Assembly: GCA_973895155.1 (NCBI GenBank)
Contig: OZ316896.1
Location: 23,021,722-23,085,721 of the forward strand
Source of the DNA: Marsupella aquatica
Taxonomy: Eukaryota > Plantae > Marchantiophyta
Length of the DNA: 64,000 bases
Direction: 5' to 3'
Shown piece after piece: positions 23,824-35,939 of the stretch; within the stretch, counting starts at the first letter, position 1; each line of letters opens with the position of its first letter. The notes beneath the pieces are model-generated. The model ran no database searches, was not told the DNA's origin, and worked only from the letters and a program-made list of their open reading frames with translations. The position numbers were made by a program, and so were the translations under genes.

Positions 23824-25902
23824 GGCCTGATCAGCGAATAGAAATCAGGAATACATTTTGGAGAACATACTCATTATAATTCTACAAGTTTCATTCAACT
23901 TTACAGTTCCTTGTATAACGGGCTGTGAAGCCAATGCACTTGTCAGCTAATTGTCCGTAGAGGCGCAAAAAACTACACTCTGGACCACACAACCCGAAGT
24001 CAGGCGATCAGGGTTCTGTTGTCTCAGGGAAGGCTTCCAACAATGTGGCCTCCGGCCTCTGTCCTGCCGACAAGCAACAGCTGCTTTCAAAAGAGAAGAA
24101 ACCTTCAGGATCCCCGTCTGCATCAATGGACCCTGAAGATGATGCAAGACAAGGAGCGGAGGTAGAGCCGTTGTCACCACTCTTGCATAGTCGCTCATTT
24201 TCACAACAGGCGCAAGAAATTCAAGCAGATGAGGAGGTTGCACACAACAATGGAGATGAGCATAGTCAAAAATAATTGTCGACATCGACTATCAACTTGC
24301 ATGTTGATTGCTTCACTCCGTCCACCCAGAGTTACATTCAATCTGATGAGGATGATGAAAGTGCTTATTTGCGCCGTAATGATAAAACAAAACAACAAGA
24401 GGTAAGTAAGTACCGTCATGCTGCACTCTTATATTATATATGGTAAATGTATTGCACAGTGACAATACTAAGTCAATCTGTTTACGGTATGTACTTATTC
24501 TGCAGGTAAAGAGGCAAAAAGTGACAGCAATACTGTAGACGAAAACAACCCTCTCTTGTACAAGGTACAAATCTGAACGTGCAATATTTCATTTTGTAGG
24601 TGGATATAATGTGATCAAGTTCCCCTCGTACTACTGTAAGTGATGCTTGAAAAGTTTCTTAGAGGTGCTTTTGAGACTTGATTGATGATTTGCGCTGTGG
24701 TAGGTAAAGTGAGAAAGACAAAGAACAAGATGGAGTCCTTGGAAGCATTGGTAACCTCAATTCACCCTTGACAAGAACACGGCGAGGCAAGGTTAACACA
24801 GTGACGGACCAAACGAGAAGTGTGACCACCCTTCTTGTTTTGCCCAATCGCAAAATCGCGGCTAAGTAAAGAAATCTCCGATACGAAACGCCCATGAGTG
24901 CGAATATCGTTTGTTTTGGACTCGGTTTTGGAGTCTTGAAAGTGAAGAGCGATACGCGGATCGCTCTTCGCATTGCGCAACCAAACAGTAAGAAAAAAAT
25001 CCACTTGAGACAGTAAACTGCATAAACTGCGCGGTTGACTACGAAACTTAATCCATGGTTAATTCTAACTCAACTTTGGTTAACGGAAACTAACCATGGT
25101 TAACGGCCAAAACTATATATATGAGTGCTCGGCCGTTCATTTCTCTTTCGGACAAATACAAACTGCTTGGTGCTCCCTGATCATTGTTTACCAAGCTGCA
25201 AAACTAACCATACAAACCTACATTTGAGTATCAATCGCACGTTTGATACAAGTATCGAAGGTTGCATTTGATCCTTATTTTGAACTTGAAATAGGAAAAT
25301 CGATACCGGTATCGCCTTCTCTATTCCGGTTAGACTTCTTGAGAGGTGTTTTTTTTTTGCTAGGCCATTCGCGAATGCCCTCGACGATACGCGTATCGCA
25401 AATTGGATTGCGGACCCAACTTTTGTGTTAGTGGGAAACTTCTGACACCGATAGCGCCAAAACAATTGAAGATTCACATAGGAAGCTTAGTCTTTTTGCG
25501 AGAAGGTACGGGTACCATACTAGGTTTTGATTTTATTTCCATTATAGCGGCCATTTGCTAACATTGATCGGTGGTTTCTTAAACAGCTTGTAGAGGCACG
25601 AGAAGCATCCGTCACTTTGAAGGTATGGTTACCACACAATCAATGTCGAGCAAACTTATTGGCAAGCTGTATTCATAGGTTGTTTAAGTTCTGGAACTTA
25701 TATTTATGAAACCAAGTTATGTAGCCATATGATTTCCAGCTTCAATATGTTTACATGTTTGTGGTAAATTCTAGGGTTTGGAGAGAGCGAGACGATCTAC
25801 CAGTATCACGGTTGTCATTCCGAAGGCCTACTCCAAAGAGACTGGTATCATAGATATCATTAAGTATATTAATCAATTGCACCTACCCTCTAATCCGTAA
25901 CA

Positions 25903-28900
25903 ATGGCGCCCAATCAGAGGAGTGGTTCTCAAGATGATGAGAGTTTGATGAGTAGCCTCTGCTCTTCAATCTGGCAGAATGAGGAGATTTGTGATGAGCA
26001 GAAATTCCTGAAGAAGAACTGGCATACAGTGCGCGACGCTATCGGAATGTTTCCTGATAAGGAAATTGACAAACCTTTTTTGTGGGTTCGAATCAAGAAG
26101 TCTGAGAAGGTTACCCTTTCATTCGGTCCGGTTGTAGCGTTTGCAGTTTGTGACTACATGAAGAGAAGAGGGAAAGATAAAGAAGCCAAGCAGGCTTTAA
26201 ATTTCTTGACTATGATGGGGACGAAGCCGTTCACTTCTATTATTCTTGATGTGGATTATTTTGACTTGAAGGCGATGGAAGCACACCCAGAGGATGCAGT
26301 TTTCAAGGAGTTGACAGATATTTTCTCTTGCGATTTAAAATTGACCCTTGAATGGTTTGAGAAATATGTTGCAGATTGTGACGAAGTACTGCTGCCACAA
26401 GTTTAGGCAGAATACAAGAAGATTTTTGGGCAGGATTTCAAAAAGACACTAAAATTGAAAGTCAAGAGAAAGACTGCAGAGGTAAGTGGGAGCTTGACAG
26501 CACAGGATCAGGTTGGCAAAGATCATGAGGGAGGATCAACCGGTGGAACAAAAGTAGGAAGTAAAAGTAGAACGGGTGGTCAGCGAAAAGAGACTCGCCA
26601 AGGACCGAGTGAGAAAGCGGTGAGTGGAGGTGCATGAGGGAGCCACCCCAGAAGGAAGCAATCCGGTTCTCGTTTGAGTAAAGATGATGACACCATTGGG
26701 GAAGTGGAAACCAAACATTTGAGTGACGTCCAAAAAGGGAGAGACAGCGCCGCCGCATCCGAGGGAGCTTTAGAAGTTGAAATGTTTCGACAAGACATTG
26801 TAAGTAATGTTTAATCGTTGAATAGTCCAAAGAAAGTGGTTTGATGATATTTTGGATTTCACTACCAATTGCAACATCCCCGTGAGCTTGTGTTACCTCT
26901 TGTGAACAAGCGTTATGTGTGACTTTTCAGACAATCAGGTCACTTGTGTTTTGCTATGAAATTTCTGATACCGGTATCGGTTGAAACATCCCCATTATTG
27001 TTTATAAACCTTTTGTTCCTCTCATGCTTGGAAACCTCATCCTAAGATGTTTTCTATGTAGGATGGAGACGATCTTACCGCACTTGAAAAGTACGAGACT
27101 GATGCCCTGCGCGCGGATCTTTTTGAGTTGATGACGAGTCGTAGAGTACTACAAACTACTGTTATTTTAAGTGTGAAAAATCTCATTCTTGATGAAGGAT
27201 CTGATGAATCTACCCTCATCCGCCCGGTGGATCGTTTACATTTGGAGAATATCAAATCTCTTTTGATCCAAAATCCAACAAATTTTAGCGCACCGTTTGT
27301 TCTTCATGTGGACCCAAGTGATTGCCCAACAGTCAAGGATTGGGACCAGTCTAAGTATATGAACTGGAAGTATAGAGTGATTGGCGGGAATCATGGTGCA
27401 CGGGCGAAGAATGAGTTGTTTGAACAATATGGGAAAAAGATCTTTGGAGAAGTTGAAGCATGGGTTTACGCTGGCCTCTCAAAACCTGAGTTTTGAAAAT
27501 TGGGTTGGAAGCATAACATAGACCAGGAGTACAGGAAGACAATGACAAATACTGATAAACTCAGGGCCTGTCATAATTTGTATTTGGAGTTCATGCAAAC
27601 GAAGAAAAAAGATCTTCGATTTGCTTGTTGTGAGGAGTGTGGCCTTGTGTACAATCCGAAGGATAGAGAGAGTGTTTCAAAATATGATCCAATGTTTCAA
27701 ATTGCATTTCGGCACGGAGAAATATGGGATCTTACAGATACAATTTTGACAATGTGGTCAAAGTTTGAGGTTCTTGGACAGGTGAAGGCAAAGTCTCCTG
27801 TAAAGCCTGCTCCTCCCAAGGGCAAAGGGAAATCAAGAGCAAGAGCAAAACCTGTATCCCGAAAGTTGCACAAACTAGCAGGGGATATCAACTTCTTTCC
27901 ATTCAGAGCACTTCAAGGTTTTGCAAATGAGGAGCAACAAAAGCGGTTATTGAGGAGGGTAATATCCAAAACTATAAGTCTTGATCAGATGCACCGTGAA
28001 GGAGAGCTCTTGAAAAAGCTCTTCAAGATAAGAAATTTGTTTCTCCAAATATCCGGTCAGCCAGATTGGGCTACATGTTGATTCTTATTTCTTGAAGAAA
28101 CTCAGGTTTCAGTTCTGACGACGTGGACGGAGAAGTTGAGCGACCAGGTAAAGGAGTTTTTCATTACTTATATTGTTTTATATAGCTTGAAAGAGAGGAG
28201 CAATACCTTATCTGCTTCTCCATTGAATTATTTGTTATTTTCTTTCATTGTGGGTTCTAGAGTGGAACCCAATACGGATGTTATTTTTTTTAGATTGAAA
28301 AAGGAGATACTGGTATCTACTTCTCCATTGTGGGGTCCTGATTGAATCCCACTACCGGTATCATTTTTTGGAGTTTGAAAGAGAGTAGTGATACTGGTAT
28401 CTGCTTCTCCATTGACTTTTGTGAAGCCTTGCAGCTCAAAGCATACTCCAAAAGGAAAGTGATACCTGTGGAGTAGACCAAGGTTCAGCCGGCAAAGCAG
28501 ATCGAACTCCCGGCTAAAGACATTCCACATTCTTTCCAGAATTTTGTACTTGGAGCGATTGAGAAATACAACCGGCAACAGAACATCGCATCTGTTGAGA
28601 TTGTTTCAACAGATTACACCTGGAAGAACGCTGACGGGGATTCTTTCCCTTATTCATTGCATCTTGGAGATGTTCATCGTTTGGAGGGGTTCTTGAAACC
28701 CCAAAATTATACTTTCGCTGTTGCTGATGTACCATATGGTTTTAATGCCCCCGGGTCTGAGTTTGATGAAGTTCCTTTTTCAGAACAGGATGTCGTCGAG
28801 ATGGTCACCTCTTTTTCCAAGGTGACAACAGCAAAGATTTGGAGATTCGTTGTGATGCATTCTCTTCAACAAGCTAACATGGTGATGCATGCACTTGAAA

Positions 28901-29543
28901 AAGTTTGCAACTGTGGAGTGGAAGCTGGAATATTGCAAAAGACAAATATTCATCAACATCCATCTGGCCCAAGATTAGCTTGGGCCTTTGAGAATTGGAC
29001 CATTGGGTACTACTCGGAGGAAGGAATTTGAAAAAAAGATATGTACAATTTTGAGCCAATTCAACGGATTTGAGGGTTAACATCATCAGTATCCCTTGTG
29101 TCACAACAAAAGCCCTAACACCACTGGGGTTTATTGTTAACCCTTATCAGAAGCCAGTTGGAGTGTCTGATTGGTTTGTGAATTATTTTAGCAACAAGGG
29201 AGATTGGGTGGCAGACTTGTGCTGCGGGACAGGGGCAACTTTGGTCGCGGCCCTTTTGAATTCTCGCAACGGATGCACGGTGGATAAGAGCTCTACTCAA
29301 ATTGAGTATGTCAAAAGTTGAATCATGACTTTGGACTCTGCTTGGAGTCTATTTGACAAAGCCTCAATTGTCGGAGATGGAGAAAGCTCTAAGGAGGTTC
29401 AACCTCCCATTGGCGGTGAGCTAGGTTTGATTGGAACGGATGCTTATGTAAACGAGTCGCCAAGGGAAGATGAAACTGAAAATGAAGAGCAGCTTCCGCA
29501 GACGCCCAACGATGAGGATCTTAATGAAATGTTGTTAGATTAG
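25903..29543 (+). pseudogene. Spliced gene: unknown N-terminal domain + ParB/Srx-like domain + beta-class N6-adenine/N4-cytosine DNA methyltransferase, disrupted
   Basis: Exons 25903-26799, 27062-28147, 28435-29543. ParB-like IRPVDRLHLENIK...YRVIGGNHGARA (27371-27400). MTase LHLGD...ADVPYG (DVPY 28726-28737), NPYQKP (29139-29156), WVADLCCGTG (29205-29234). Several TAG/TGA stops and a frameshift near 29055. Confidence 0.88.
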
Positions 29544-30640
29544 CTAAATAAAACATTATGTAATATGCCACTCTTAGTTGTCATTATTAGAGCTACATGG
29601 GATTTGTACTTAGTAAATAGTAAATCTGATACCAGTATCTGGAATATCATTTGTAGCTTTATATTAGTATGTACACTTTCTAGATGATAAATACTACTTG
29701 TGATACCAGTATTGGAAATCATATTCCAAACGGAGAAGGAATCAAATAGAACCCAAACTGCACTTTGGATGTCTATTCTAAACTGATGTGGGACTGTTTT
29801 CTGTCGAGTGAAATAGTGCGACACTTTCTATGCAACTCAAACTTCAGTAGTTCATCAAGAAAATTCAGGGTGATTACTAAATGTGAACTTGTGTAAATTG
29901 TCTAGACAACTTCTGTGCAATGGATCATTATATCCAAAGCACAGAGGTTGTCAAGACAGTCTACATGAGTTATGTTTACATTTTTACAAGAGGGCAGTTG
30001 GTTTGTTAGTCAACAACCATCAAACTGATATGTGCAAGGCACAAAACAATAAAAAATACAATGGAAACTATAAAATTGACGATGTTTGTACCTCAGATGA
30101 TTTTAAACGTCTGAGGTAACTTCATCATCGATGCTATTCAAAGTATCATTATGCGATGCAATACTATGAATATGACCCCATTTTGGGTTTGCTCTAAACA
30201 GCTCCGAAAGCATACCTTCTCGAGATTGCGAATGCAATATCCAGTCCATTAATATTCGTGAACTCGATCTTGCATTCAATCTCATGAAGGCAAGCTTTCG
30301 GAACAAAGTAACCACATTTAGTGGCTTGAAGGTGGCTTGTTTGTCATTTGGTAAGTTATTGTTTCTATACACGGTTTATATGGCAATCGGTACACAACAA
30401 AGCGAGGAGCGATACTGGTATCGTATCTGGTTTTTGTAGACAATCATCTTTTTACATGTGTGAGAGATACTAATTTTGCTCGACGGAAATTTATTTTCAC
30501 TATAAGGTATTGGTACACATTCGACACTAAAATACATTACCATTCAACAATATGTCCAAAAAAAAGCTGCTTCTTTATAATAAAATACTATTTACGATAC
30601 CAATATCAAAAACCACATTTGTTACAACTACAAAATTTCT

Positions 30641-33600
30641 TCAAGCTGTACAATCATCTAGCATGGCTGCCTGAATAATTCTTCGTGTTTTTGCTGGCAA
30701 GGTGTTGTCTGCATTCAAAGAAAAATTGTAGGCATAAATTGCAGTTTCAGAAAGGCAGATCTCTCCATGCAGAGCTTTGTTTGATGATGCTTCCTTCTCA
30801 GGATAATATTTTCCTTCAATTGTTGACAACTCCTCAGAATCCATCGTGTACCATGTGATACCAATATTGTCAGGCACTTCATCAACCTTGGTCAGTATTT
30901 TGGTAACCTTTGCCAGCCAAAAAGGCCTCCCATTTTGATCTGCATGGGCTGCAACACAAATCATTGAATATTTGTTATTTACTTCAAGATCTTTAAAATC
31001 TCCTACCTCGGAAATCCTCTTCCGAGCTCCAGAGTACATGGCCTTCTCTGGACCTGCAATTTTCTCAATGAGATCAGGTTCAATTGTAGGCGCCCTCCCA
31101 TCCATCACTAGGGTCTCTCGATGCTCGTTTGATTTTGGCCAGACCCAATCAAACATCCACTGTGCTGGCTTTAGGTGATTTTGGATGACATCTTCCTGTT
31201 TGTCAAAGAAATTTAGCCACCACAACTTATCCTTGTCGTCAAAATAATTGAATCCCTCCTCAATCGCTTTCCGATATTTCTCCAATGTTTCTCTTTCTAC
31301 TTCACCAGTAGCATCTGCTCCATCCCCTCCATTGGTGCTTTTCAACGCCATTTGAGGTACGTGCAACCCAGAATGTGGTTGTTGGGATGTAATTCACAAA
31401 CTCCACGGGATCACCCCAACTTGGGGTTGTTGAAATGTGTTTGGCATGAAACAAAACTTTTGGAATTCCATTTTCCCCAATCACACGTTTTATTCGGAAT
31501 TGCTTTTGAAAACTGATCTGATGAAGTGGTTGCAAAACATGCCCGGTTGCCCCAGTCCTGTTGGGGGTTGATCTTTATCGCTCACACGAAAATCCACTGT
31601 TTCTTCTACAAATATTATCTCAGCTTTGGGATTGTACGAACCCTGTATAATGTCAACAAGAGTATCCACTCAGAAAGCTTTGCGTTTGTTCAGTTTTGAG
31701 GAAAATTTGCTGAACATTTGGTCTATCTGATCATGTGTGTGGCCAACCAGCAGAAATCCAACCTTGATCTTCTGGAAAACCCCCAACTCTACAAGCATAT
31801 TTAAGTAAGCAAACAAGAATTTATTCTTGTTCTCCCGAGCAGTGTTATCCAACTGTAAATATAGCACCGGAGGTAGCACTCCCTCCCAAGTATTCAAAAT
31901 ATTCTGAATAACATGGATTGTAAGGTTAGAGTCATTGTGAATATTAGGGTAATTGAGATATACCTTGGCCTTCAACTGACCATTGAATATCAAACTGCCC
32001 ACCACATGAACAGAAATAAAATATTTCTCATCCATGTTTTTTGGACATCTGGTGAAGTGCGGTAACTCCGTCTTCTTTTGGTCCATCCCATCAATACATA
32101 TCCCCAAGTACTTTTCGGGGTGCTTGTAACATTTATTCCGGTGCTTTGCTAATTTCTCCCGCTTGACTCCTTGCGCTATACGATGCTTTTTCAACAACAT
32201 AGCATACTTACCTGAGCAATATCAAATTGGTAACAAAGTTATTATAAAAAAATTATTGCAACACTAGACTGCTGGTCTATTGGCATTTTGAGGTGTGTGG
32301 CAAAAACCATCTTCCAATGCCAAGACCTATAAATTTATAGGTTTTGGTATTCTAAGTTCAATAACACATCCAATTCCAATTCATATGGATAAAACAAAAA
32401 CTTACTTTTCTTTGATTCGAGCGTAGCTTTGTCACGGAGAGCTTTGAATTCTGTGCATGGACCGCAAGTCGAAAAATGACTTCTTTTTGGAATACGAACT
32501 CAAGGAAAATGTTGCTTCCATGTCCGACAGAACCAAGAATATGTAACCCCTTGTTCTTGGCGCAACAGAGTTTCAGTTCGGAAGGCATCAAAGACTTCAG
32601 CTTTCGTCCAATTGTCAGGCAAATGAAAAATTTCCTTATTGGGAAGTCTTTCAACGTTACTCCTAAAAAAATCATTTAACCACTCTATTAAAGTAAGATG
32701 AGTGGAGGATTTTTTTCTACAAAATACATTGTTCTCGATACAAGAGAACATATTTTGGGTTATCCTTTGAAGGCGATTATTTCCAATTGAAAATAATTTC
32801 TTAAAACCTTCTCGACAAAAAGAGTTTCCAGACACACTATACTCGCATGACCCACTCTGGTTATTCCTAACGCATCCTCTTAGAAGTATATTCTTCTCTC
32901 CACGGGTCAGGCCAAAATAATAGGTACGCTCTTTCGTTACTTCAAGTAAACCGAAAGTCCTCAAACACATATTGTCACAACATGGATACTTGAACACTTC
33001 TTTCATTTTTCTCCTCTTTAAATTCTAACTTGTAACAGTGTCTTTCTTGGCTATCCTATCCCTATGTTTCTTACTAGGGACTTTCAGTTTCACCCTATCC
33101 TGAAATTCCCTTGTTGAATCATCACTTCCACGGTCTTCACAAACCTCTTCGATGACGTCCTCATTGTCAGTGTTTGGCTCACTGAAAAGGTGGCTATAGC
33201 TACTCTGTGGCTCATTGCCTCCATCATCAGCTTCTAAACATTCTGACACAACTTGTGCAATTACTTCGGACTCTCTATCGTGTACAGAGACATCTTCCAG
33301 ACTTTCTTCATCACTGGAATCATCAGAAGATTCAAAACATACAATTGGAGTTCTGGGTTCTCTAAACTTGACTCGAACTATTGCATTACGAGAAATACCT
33401 ACCCTAGGTAACCCATACCTTCTAACTAGAAATCTTGAAATAGTACCCGTCTGAACTGGCGTTGTCTGTGGACTATTCTCTTTAGGACCATTATCCTCAT
33501 TTGGACAAGATTCAAAAAGTCTCTGCATACACTTTCCTCAAAGCATTCAAGATTGAGCGGAGATAGGACTTTGGAGTCCCATGAAAGCCACCCTATCAGT

Positions 33601-34078
33601 GGATGTCCGCCCCAACACTGGCAATGCTCAAGGCAATACGTGTATCACCTTTGGTATTCGCGACTCTGTTGGCTCTCGAAAAATCCTCCTTTGCACCTGA
33701 GAGCTAGTGCTCATTGAATTTCTCGGATCCAATCCTGACGCCGATACCCGTATCGTTCTTCGGATTCCTTCTCCATATCCAGGAATGGATGGTTTATAAC
33801 AGCGTCGAGCTCCCAAACCTAGTATTGAAAGTTTCTCTATTCCTGGTCGAGGAACACTCAGTAGACGTCGTTTATTTGGCTTACTAAGTAGGGGAGACAT
33901 AATAAGACCCTATCTCTGGCGTAGAACCACCGTCTGAGTCTGAACCGGAATCCAAGAGTTCGGGTATGACACGGTGGGACGGGGAAAGCTTCTTCAAGAT
34001 ATGAGAAGGTAGAAATCTTGTTCGAACATTAGGAGATGACTCCATAGAACTCTCTTGGGAATCAGATGTATGAGACAT
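30641..34078 (-). pseudogene. Sola-like (DUF7869-type) DDE transposase with a C-terminal SH3/Tudor-like segment, disrupted
   Basis: CCDNMC, RLPNKEIFHLP, FSTCGPC, intron 32405-32212, then CIDGMDQKK (DGMDQ 32078-32092), LQLDNTARENKN (~31820-31858) and VGHTHDQIDQMFS (~31706-31745). In-frame stops and frameshifts present. Confidence 0.88.
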
Positions 34079-34244
34079 GATGAATCAAAAACTCTATGGC
34101 AGTTCACATTCGTCTCTTGAACCTAGTGTTGCAAAGCTTGTCTCATGAACTTAGGGAAGAGAGATAGGGAGCAGAGAGATCTAGACAGCGAAAATGACTC
34201 CCGACCTCTAATGGAATGAAGTCCGATAACTTGAGCGTCCGCAC

Positions 34245-34291
34245 TTTTATAGTCACGGCGGCAGAAGATTTACGTGGCAATTTTTGATTGG
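34245..34291 (-). promoter_or_regulatory. Putative transposase promoter of element B: CCAAT-N9-CCACG plus TATAAAA
   Basis: On the minus strand: CCAAT 34291-34287, 9-nt spacer, CCACG 34277-34273, TATAAAA 34251-34245; ATG at 34078. Confidence 0.6.
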
Positions 34292-35939
34292 CTCCCGCTA
34301 AACGACAAAATAGTCCAGAGTCGGGCCTCCATAATTGGTCCCTGTATCTGAGTTTGGAATTGATGTTTGAATTTGAGCAACATTTAAATTAAGGTGGTCA
34401 AAAAGGTGAATGGCAATACCAGTATCGCTGTTTGCATTGGAGTCATTTAAATGTGATCCTGGAGGACGACAAATACCGGTATTGTTATGTCGTTTCTATC
34501 ATAAAATGGGATACCGGTATGGGAATAGTTTAGTTTTCTTGATCTGTTTTCCTTGTAACCAAAAGTTCTATTTTCAAAATCTAACGAAAATGGAAATATT
34601 TATGGGTTCTATTGTCGCAATGAAAATGTTTGAAGTTAGTGAGGATATTGAAATTCACAATTTGGGATGAAGCCAACATTCCTCACGAAGTTGGGAACGA
34701 TACGAATTAGTTGGTTTTGCAAAAATCATTGATTTTGCAAGAAATGTGTCGCGCACATTGTGAAAATTGGCGAAAATCGATCGAAATTGAAAACACCCTT
34801 CTCCATTAGGCGTCACACTTCTCGTTTGGTCCGTCACAGTGTTGGTTCCAAATCCAGGCAAAGAAAATGTACCTTCATTTAGGGGAATTTCAACAAAAGT
34901 ACAGGAGGATGCACGACAACGGTTGTTGACTGGCAAGAACATGGTATGATTACACATTCCGTCGGTTCAAGATGTTCTTCGTTTAAAGTAATAGATTTGT
35001 TTAAAGTACGATTCATTTGTGTATAATGAGGTGGAGGTAGAACATAATGGTCTTAAGGTTTCATGATCTGCCCATTTTATATATATGTTCAGGAAAACAA
35101 GGTAGAAGTTCCGTGCGCGCAAGGAACTAGGAGCAGATTAAGTGGCAAATCACACGTTGCTGAAGACTCAAACATAGTAAGTACATATATAGTTCAGCCG
35201 CACTACGCAAACATATATAAAAATCCTGTTCAACATCATATGCTATGTAAGTTGTTTTCAGATGTGAGGGGCCGTTGTTGTGCTTTTAAACATCCACCCT
35301 ATCTTTCTGAAACTTTTGCAGGACTTTGACACACTCACTAAAGACGCCAAATTAGTGGTCTGCATGAGAGCCATGGGATTGATGAAGACATGCGAAGTGG
35401 ATGCCAAGCTGCGCATGTTTGTTGCAGATACAAACAAGCGATCAAAGACTTCCCCCAAACCATTCACCAAACATGCTCAAAAGACTGCGTCTGAGTTATT
35501 AGACATGGTGGCCAGGTGGGCTCTAGAGCAGAACAGAGTAATCATTAGAGATCTACCGGTTCTCAATGCGAAAGGCAAGCAAAGGATCTTCCCCAAGAAT
35601 GCTGTATAGAATGTTGCTGAAGACTGAGGTAGTCAGATACCTAGAACATTGTCTGGTGAAGGGGCTTGGGGTTTATATATGTCTAGTTTTGTGACTCGTG
35701 CACGCGCTCCTAAATAATCAAACATTGTCACATCTGTATGTCTGTCAATTTGAATGAAGTAACCCCAAGTATCCATGAATTTTTCCACGGATCCACCTCC
35801 CATGTACGCCTCCAATAACACTACATCCCCGGAATACCTTCAAAATACCGGCACACAAGATCCACGGATGGCACACAGTGGACCCCTGGATGCCTCCAAT
35901 CTGCGCACATCCGACAAATAACATCAGAATACCTCAGAA

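Larger units (their letters stand above)
24795..34843. mobile_element. Element B: complete 10,049-bp TIR DNA transposon (Sola-like DDE) carrying a ParB-DNA methyltransferase gene
   Basis: Left TIR AACACAGTGACGGACCAAACGAGAAGTGTGAC (24795-24826); right TIR 34812-34843 is its reverse complement with one mismatch; GGTT on both flanks (24791-24794, 34844-34847). Confidence 0.95.
24126..35609 (+). pseudogene. Degraded multi-exon gene of unknown family, split by element B
   Basis: Exon-like blocks with GT-AG edges at ~24126-24401, ~24506-24564, ~24704-24794 joined to 34848-34943, ~35093-35176 and ~35263-35609. Removing B plus one TSD restores the frame ...TRTRRGKV|PNPGKENVPSF. Confidence 0.5.

Noticed and set aside
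24797-24803. TIR contains CACAGTG, the V(D)J RSS heptamer, and the element has two convergent genes like ProtoRAG/Transib
   Set aside because: The termini start two bases earlier (AACAC), both measured TSDs are 4 bp rather than 5, no nonamer lies at 12/23 spacing, and the transposase motifs are not RAG1/Transib-like.
25903-29543. Bacterial or phage contamination as the source of the ParB-MTase
   Set aside because: The gene has GT-AG introns conserved in element A, lies within TIRs and TSDs, and is contiguous with plant genes.
24795-34843. CACTA/EnSpm assignment from CACTG-like ends
   Set aside because: No 3-bp TSD if the ends are set at CAC, whereas AACAC ends give 4-bp TSDs in two elements; no TnpD-type motifs recognised.
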